Source of the DNA: Octopus sinensis
Taxonomy: Eukaryota
DNA length: 14,926 nt
Direction of reading: 5' to 3'
Assembly: GCF_006345805.1 (NCBI RefSeq)
Contig: NW_021825706.1
Location: forward strand, 1-14,926
The translations under genes were made by a program, and so were the position numbers. The notes under the pieces are model-generated. The model made no database searches, was not told the origin of the DNA, and saw nothing but the letters and a program-made list of their open reading frames with translations. Every line of letters starts with the position of its first letter. The stretch's first letter is position 1. Positions 8,531 to 14,926 of this stretch are shown piece after piece.

Positions 8531-8988
8531 TATGTTACCAATTCACTGCAATATAGTCAAATTCTCTGTTTCTCTGTTTATTTTATATTAACAACATAGG
8601 TGAAACTGGAAAACGAGACGTTACTTATAAGAGATGAAAAGAGCAGAGGAGGGGTGAAGGGGAAGTGAGGAATGGGTGTGAGCAGCAGAGTGCAAGTCAG
8701 AGAGTTATATTTTAATTAAGATGGAATTGGTTTTTAGAGGAAGAGGGTGGTGCAGAAGGAAATACGAAGAATACTGGAATACCAAAAAAAAAAAAAAACA
8801 AAGAAAAAGAAGGAGAGATAAAGAAAAAGAGAATGAGATGGAATATAAAAGAATCTGGTAAGGAATCAGAAATCCTAGCCACGTGGAGGAAACCAATAGT
8901 TACACAAGATAAAGGAAAGAAGAAAAAACAACCACTCAAACCATGAATACACACACACTTGTATATATGTGTATATATGTATACGTTC

Positions 8989-9308
8989 TTCTCGTTCTTC
9001 TCTCTCTCTCTCTCTCTTCTCTCCTCTGTATACATACACACACCAAATATATATATACACACACGATATATACATATATATATATATAATATTATATATA
9101 TGTATATATATATATATGTATTATACACACACATATATAATGCATACATAACATGGGATCTTTCTCGTTCTTCTCTCTTCTGTATACATACACACACCAC
9201 AAATATATATATACATATTATAGTATATATAATATATATATAGTATTTATATATATAGATGAGATATATATTATATATATATATATATATGTATTATATA
9301 TATATGTA

Positions 9309-9340
<32 letters not shown>

Positions 9341-9411
9341 CTACATATATATTATATGTATATATATATATACACAAAACACACATATATATGCATACAT
9401 ACATTGGATCT
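8989..9411. repeat. Imperfect tandem duplication (8989-9161 and 9162-9411) with microsatellite-filled interior
   Basis: Both units start TTCTCGTTCTTCTCTC, contain CTGTATACATACACACACCA, and end ACACACATATAT(A)ATGCATACATA(A)CAT(G/T)GGATCT. Confidence 0.85.
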
Positions 9412-9450
9412 TGGTGAATTCCTCTGGTTCATTAGTTTCTCTTGAATTCT

Positions 9451-9500
9451 TCCAACCCATGCCAGCATGAAAGATGACTGTTGTACAATGATGATGATGA
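9451..9500 (+). mobile_element. 3' tail fragment of SINE-like family C ending in (GAT)n
   Basis: CCAACCCATGCCAGCATGAAAGATGAC..ATGATGATGATGA resembles the end of 12323-12504 (AGCATAGAAGATAGACATTAAATGATGATGA). Confidence 0.55.
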
Positions 9501-10199
9501 CGCTATGTCTACACACACACACACACATATATAGACATATATGGTTGTAATGGATTAAGTACCAAGTTCCTGAAATTCGCTTCTTTATGTTTAGGAACAG
9601 TACACGGAGGGGAACCAGTTAGTAAAAGTGTGAGATAAAAAGAAAACAGAAGAAGTGTCCAAGGTGGGGAATTCGAGGGTCGGGGAGCAGGGAGGCAGAA
9701 TTAGCAGATCAATAGCAAGGGGGGGGACACACACACACACAGTCACACACATTTACACAGATATCAATACATTTGTATATATATATATACAGAAGCATGT
9801 GTTTGTGTGTACAAGAAAATCATAAAGTAATAACTGAGATTTTATTTCTCTATATGTGTGTATATATGCGCTTTTGTACAAGTGTGTGCATGTGTGTGTG
9901 TATGTTTGTGTTTGTGTATTTGGAAAAGGAGATATATATATATATGACCCCATAGCTCCCTAACTAACCAACTAAGTAAATAAATAGCACCCTCCCCACA
10001 GTGCTATATAAAATAAAACAGCTGTTAGTAGGTTCTTAATTTTTGCTTTGACAAGTTGACATTTCTTTAGAAAGTCTTATGGAATGTGTAGTGCTACCAA
10101 ATGGAGAACACAGCAGATCCCAAGAAAGTCTCACTTGTTATTCTTTTCTTTTTGTATGCATATATTTTAATTTTTACTTACATTATTTGTTTTTATTTT

Positions 10200-10287
10200 A
10201 GTGTGTGTGTATACATTAATTCTGTTTTCTTATGCTTCTCCAATTCACACTAATATATACACATAAGCATACACACACACATACATA

Positions 10288-10343
<56 letters not shown>

Positions 10344-10561
10344 ATATGTATACACACACATATAAAAACATATATATGTAAACACATATGTCTATACATA
10401 AAGACTATATATACATATATATATATATAGGTACATGTTTATATATACATATATGTATATATGCATGGGTAGGTATACATATAAATGTATATAAGTGTGT
10501 GTATAAATGTACATATACGTATGTATATATATGTACACACATACACAACACAATCTCTCTT

Positions 10562-10592
<31 letters not shown>
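10200..10592. repeat. TA/TG/CA/CT microsatellite field
   Basis: Directly visible, including (TG)n at about 10308-10341. Confidence 0.9.
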
Positions 10593-10880
10593 GCATAAAC
10601 CATCATGATAACAAATTAAGTAGGCAGACATATGTTGGATCTTTAAGCCCATCCGATGGGACTACTGGTGCTTGAGGAAACTACTTATAACTGTACAATT
10701 CAGTTAAAATTATGCCCTACACCTTTACACTTGACACCTTAAAAACACATTCGACTTCACTGCCTCCACAAAATAATGAAAAAAAAGTCATCCACCTGGT
10801 GAGCAAGGACTTAATAAATGCCAAAATAATTCAGTCGGTCGTTAAGTTTCCCAAGCGCCAGCCTTGGAGCAGAGAAAGTT

Positions 10881-11058
10881 AGGAGGTGTGTCTGTGTGGT
10901 AAGAAGTTTACTTCTCAAACACATGGTTCAGAGTTCAGTTCTACTGCATGGCATATTTTCCGGAGATGCTTTGTGTGGCATCTTGGGCAAATTATGTGTT
11001 CTGCTATAGCCATGAGTCTGACCAAAGCCTTGTGAGTGGATTTGGTAGACAGAAACTG
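10881..11058 (+). mobile_element. SINE family B head with a 27-nt internal addition
   Basis: CTGTGTGGTAAGAAGTTT..ACATGGTTC..GAGTTCAGTT..TCTTGGGCAA..GACCAAAGCCTTGTGAGTGGATTTGGTAGACAGAAACTG. Confidence 0.88.
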
Positions 11059-11523
11059 CTCTCTCTGTTATTTCTACAAGATTGAGAGGCTACCTCGTTG
11101 CTCTGCAGGAATGCTGGCTGTTCTTTGGCATAATGAAATGAGAAAAATATATTCCGAAAACCTAAAAATATAGGGATATGCTGATGTTATTGTTAGAAAA
11201 AAAAGTAACAGATACAAAGACTTCAAGTAGGATGCTTCTTTGTGGAAGATAAATAATTTTGAAATTTACAAAATCTTATATATATATATATGTATATAAA
11301 TATATATATATATATTTATGTGCGTATGTTTGTTGTGTTTAAAATTACATTACATGTAATTTAGCTATATATGCAATACACAAAATAGGCAGAAAGAACC
11401 CTTGGGGAAAGGTAATAAAACAGAATATTTACAAAAAGGTAATTTTTAATTTCTTATGTTAGCACTAAGTTATAGATTCCTGTGAATTCATCGGAGACTG
11501 TGATATATGATAGATTGAATTAA

Positions 11524-11633
11524 GCCCCAACAGATATGTTCTTCATTGAATTTGGAAGGCTCAAAGGTGGAATTTTAACTTTCTGGAATTCCAGGTAAAC
11601 AAAAAGAAACTAAAAGACATTTAGTCTGGTGTC
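11524..11633 (-). mobile_element. Highly degenerate SINE family A remnant
   Basis: Weak colinear echoes only: TTCATTGA..GGAAGGCTCAAAGGTGGAATTTTAACT..CATTTAGTCTGGTGT. Confidence 0.35.
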
Positions 11634-11657
11634 AGTTTATGCCAATATACATTGAAG

Positions 11658-11807
11658 TATTATTAGTTTCAAATCTGGGAAAGGGCAGTAATTTACAAGG
11701 AGGGGCTAAGTCAATTACAGCATCACCAGTGCATAACTGGTACTTATTTTATTGACCCTGAAAGGATGAAAGACAAAGGTGACCTCAACAGAATTTGAAC
11801 ACAAAAC
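11658..11807 (-). mobile_element. SINE family A, 5'-truncated
   Basis: TTTCAAATCTGGGAAAGGGCAGTAATTT (tail), AAGTCAATTACA..CCAGTGCATAACTGGTACTTATTTTATTGACCCTGAAAGGATGAAAGACAAAGGTGACCTC..GAATTTGAAC. Confidence 0.85.
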
Positions 11808-11908
11808 TTTAATTAACATGAAATTTTAATAGAAAACTTTAATTCAAATCACCTTAAAGCAGAGAACCTAGGGTGACCTTGAGCTGGTTGATGGCCTTGA
11901 GTGCAGGC

Positions 11909-12059
11909 ATGATTATGTGGCTAAGAAGTTAGCTTAGCAATCATGAGAACTTGAGTTCAATCTTTACTGTTAGGTGTCTTGACCAATTAGTGTCTTTTAC
12001 TGATACCTCAAGTCAAATTGAGTTTTGTTAATGAAATCAAGCAGATATGAACTGTGTGG
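11909..12059 (+). mobile_element. SINE B', second copy
   Basis: About 85% ungapped inverted match to 5854-6004. Confidence 0.85.
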
Positions 12060-12067
12060 AAACCTAT

Positions 12068-12091
12068 AAAATTTTGGCTCAAGGCCAGCAA
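12068..12091 (-). mobile_element. Isolated SINE family A tail fragment
   Basis: AAAATTTTGGCTCAAGGCCAGCAA versus CAAATTTTGGCACAAGGCCAGCAA at 6500-6523. Confidence 0.6.
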
Positions 12092-12322
12092 GTCTTTTGA
12101 GTACATAGAACACCAATTTTATAAGGAAAAATTAACTGACCTCTTTAATGCTGTAACCATTCTAAAGGATTGTCACACAAAAAAATAAAACAGCAATATA
12201 CTCACAGATGGGACATGATCAATAAATCTCTAGTTCAAAGGGAAGAAACATTTGCAAATATACCATATGAGTTTGAATATTTGATATACTATTGAGCAGG
12301 CACAGTAAACTCATTTGAGCTC

Positions 12323-12504
12323 GTGCCATGAAAAAGATGTACCAAGAGTGCTCTGCAATGTAGTTGGCATTATAAAGGGCATCTAATTGCAGAAACCATA
12401 CCAAAGCAGACACTGGAGCACGAGGTATGTTCCTTGAGCCTATCAAATCCAGTTCATCTCTCTGACTGATACAAGCATAGAAGATAGACATTAAATGATG
12501 ATGA
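12323..12504 (+). mobile_element. Diverged 3' part of SINE-like family C ending in (GAT)n
   Basis: GTAGTTGGCATTATAAAGGGCATC..GCAGAAACCATACCAAAGCAGACACTGGAGC..GACATTAAATGATGATGA. The tail matches 9451-9500. The GTTGGC..AAGGGCATC motif is a common SINE motif from recall. Confidence 0.55.
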
Positions 12505-12697
12505 CGAGGGGGAGAAGGAAGAAGATAATTAGTAATCATATATAATGGGCATCTAAGTTTACAAAAGAACAGATGTGTTTTTCTGGAAAGAAGTACAGAA
12601 CAGAGTAAGCATCAGGCATGATGTCTCTATAAATAACACTTTCTTTTCCTAGTTGAGTAATTTCACTTCATAAACGTTAAAATCTAAACACACACAT

Positions 12698-12721
12698 GTG
12701 AGTGAGTGTGAGTGTGTGTGT

Positions 12722-12763
<42 letters not shown>
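12698..12763. repeat. (GT)n microsatellite with a (GAGT) lead-in
   Basis: Directly visible. Confidence 0.96.
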
Positions 12764-12766
<3 letters not shown>

Positions 12767-13119
12767 ACAGTTCAGAAGAGGTTTTTTTTCCCTTTGAAAT
12801 CAATAGCACTCATCCCACCACTTTGATGAATATCAGGAGTACGATTTGCCAACTTTTCAAATTTATATATTTGTTTTTGTTGTGTATTTACTTCGTTGCT
12901 TTTGAAATAATTGAATAATTTATCAAAATATTAGATAAAGAAATAAATTAAATAAGGACTAAATTAGATTTTTATTTCTTATCTTTTCATTTCAATTCCC
13001 CATTTTGTCTTCCTTAACAGTGTAGTTTTACAAAACACTTCTAAGAAGGCTGTGAAGAATAATTTAGGGGAAACAGAATCATACTGCTGTATGACCATTT
13101 TGAGCAGAAATCTATCCCA

Positions 13120-13362
13120 TATACACATGCATAAATACATACACACATACATACACACATGCATGCATATATATGTACATGCATACACACCCTCACACAA
13201 ACACACATAGAAAGACTTATGCATGTACACACACACACATACATAAATATAAGCATATATATATATATATATGCTCACACACATATACATGTACATACTT
13301 ATGTATTTGACTGTGCATATGTACATACATCTGTAAATATTTTTGCATATATATATTTGCAA
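13120..13362. repeat. Degenerate CATA/CA/TA microsatellite field
   Basis: Directly visible. Confidence 0.85.
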
Positions 13363-13372
13363 ATAAATACCT

Positions 13373-13407
13373 AACAACGATAACAACAACAGTAATAACA
13401 ACAACAG

Positions 13408-13481
<74 letters not shown>

Positions 13482-13485
13482 CGAT
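13373..13485. repeat. Compound (AAC)-(AAT)n-(GAT)n microsatellite
   Basis: Directly visible. AAT switches to GAT at about 13443. Confidence 0.95.
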
Positions 13486-13698
13486 AAATTGTGGGATATT
13501 AAAAAAGCTATAAATTTTCTTGACAGAAGTGTTTAAAATTCAAAACAAAACTTTGATGAATCTCTTCAAATTGGCACCAATATTTCATTAAACAATCATT
13601 CTGTCATATAGAAACAATGGTAAAAATGTTCCGTTTCCAATATAAACAATAACCAAAATAAATAGATAAATAAATAAAATCACACTTTTAAAATGGAA

Positions 13699-13950
13699 AA
13701 TAATAATAATAATAATAAAAACAAAAATAATGACAACAAGAACAACAAGAAAAATATGAGAAAACTGTTAGTAAAAGGGAAATATAACAACCGAACTGAA
13801 ATCAACAACAAATATGATAGGATAAATATGATGTTTTCAGTGATGATGATGATGGTGAACATGATGTTTATGGTGATGATAATTATGATGATGATGCTGC
13901 TGAAGATGATGATGATGAGAGCGGTTATTGTGGTGGTGGTGGTGGTGGGG
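13699..13950. repeat. Degenerate AAT/AAC, GAT and GGT trinucleotide tracts
   Basis: Directly visible. It explains the poly-N/M/V ORF at 13693-13977. Confidence 0.8.
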
Positions 13951-14091
13951 TGTGTGAGTTATAGTGACTTCACCTAGCCATTTAAAAGTAACTGATATTC
14001 AAAGGAGACGATCAGTAAAATAGAATTATTGTATTATAACGAGCAAACAGCAAAAAAAAAAAAAATAGCAAGAATCAAAATAATGATGTCT

Positions 14092-14543
14092 ATGGCTGTG
14101 TGGTAAGAAGTTTGCTTTCCAACCACATGGTTCCAGGTTCAATCCCACAGTATGGGACTTTCGACAAGTGTCTTCTACTATAACATTAGGCTGACCAGAT
14201 CCTTGTGAATGGATTTGGTAGATGGAAACTGAAAGACCACTGTTTTTATCTATCTATCTATATATCTATATATGTATATATATATAGACACACATGCATA
14301 TATATATATATATATATGCATGTGTGTCTTTCTGCCTGTGTTTGTTCCCTACCATTGCTTGACAACCAGAGTTGGTGTGTTTACATTCCTGTAATTTAGC
14401 AGTTCAGTAAAAGAGACCGATAAAATAAGTAGCAGGCTTAAAAGAAAAAAGTACTGGAGTCGGTTCATTTGACTCAAATCTTTTCAGTTTGGTGCTCCAG
14501 CCTGGCTGCAGTCTAATGAATGAAGCAAGTAAAAGATAAAAGA
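14092..14543 (+). mobile_element. SINE family B, most complete copy (tRNA-like head, internal microsatellite, 3' module, A-rich end)
   Basis: A-box-like TGGCTGTGTGGT at 14093-14104, B-box GGTTCAATCCC at 14136-14146, internal TCTA/TA repeat at about 14248-14325, end AAGTAAAAGATAAAAGA. Colinear with the 2168 and 7801 copies. Confidence 0.9.
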
Positions 14544-14744
14544 TTTGTTTAATGTGCTCCAATAGATTTGTATTTGAATATACTATTCTCATATTAAGTT
14601 TTATCTTCAGAAAATTGCTATAGTCTTGTTTTTAAATGATGTGTGTTGATAATACGCATGATTTAATGATGTAGCAGACCCTGAGACACCAATGTTTTGA
14701 CATGATTGTACCTCTTCAGTCATGGGTTGAACCTACTAGGACTT

Positions 14745-14868
14745 TATATATATATGTAAATATGTATATATGTTGTGTATGTATATAATTATACATACAT
14801 GCAAAGACACATACATACAAACACACAAATGTATTTAACTGTACATGTGCATTTAAAGATACACATAT

Positions 14869-14903
<35 letters not shown>
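14745..14903. repeat. TA/CATA microsatellite field ending in pure (TA)n
   Basis: Directly visible. Confidence 0.85.
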
Positions 14904-14908
<5 letters not shown>

Positions 14909-14926
14909 GATTTGCATGTATGAAAG

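Noticed and set aside
10648-10660. Small palindrome CCCATC-C-GATGGG
   Set aside because: A 6-bp stem is expected by chance in 15 kb and has no supporting context.
7922-10675. ORFs of 60-162 aa
   Set aside because: They are microsatellite or SINE derived, and overlap in multiple frames.
11532-11600. Exon-like MFFIEFGRLKGGILTFWNSR with CAG/GTAAAC donor and 12-bp palindrome CTGGAATTCCAG
   Set aside because: Better explained as a degenerate family-A SINE remnant.
11803-11844. 12-bp direct repeat AAAACTTTAATT, 30 bp apart
   Set aside because: AT-rich and short, and it does not bracket a recognisable element.
12219-12539. 106-aa minus-strand ORF with non-repetitive appearance
   Set aside because: It overlaps the antisense strand of a family-C SINE remnant, and has no recognisable domain or splice support.
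12979-13977. ORFs of 141, 71 and 94 aa, including a signal-peptide-like poly-Leu start
   Set aside because: The poly-Leu, poly-Asn and poly-Met runs come from AAC/AAT/GAT repeats, and the rest from CATA repeats.
14092-14150. tRNA-like A/B boxes here and in other SINE heads
   Set aside because: No complete cloverleaf is apparent and each runs into SINE body sequence, so none is called as a tRNA gene.

Overview
AT-rich, repeat-dense eukaryotic DNA with no supportable protein-coding gene, rRNA, tRNA gene or CRISPR array. It is probably intronic or intergenic. The SINE-like repeats resemble, from recall and not from a database search, those of octopus genomes. Contents: (i) extensive simple repeats (TA, CA/TG, AG, TATG, AAT, AAC, GAT, ACC), which account for nearly all ORFs in the supplied track; (ii) about 15 copies or fragments of tRNA-headed SINE-like families, called here A, B, B' and C; (iii) one 382-bp non-autonomous Helitron with both termini intact (3977-4358, minus strand). 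The most notable structure is a young family-A SINE nested inside an older family-A copy, with a clear target-site duplication. A second young copy has the same junction motif, and that motif also occurs inside the element, which suggests microhomology-guided self-targeting. Several close inverted SINE pairs could form dsRNA if transcribed. A few weak exon candidates are listed as low-interest leads only. I do not see evidence for a new gene-encoded system.
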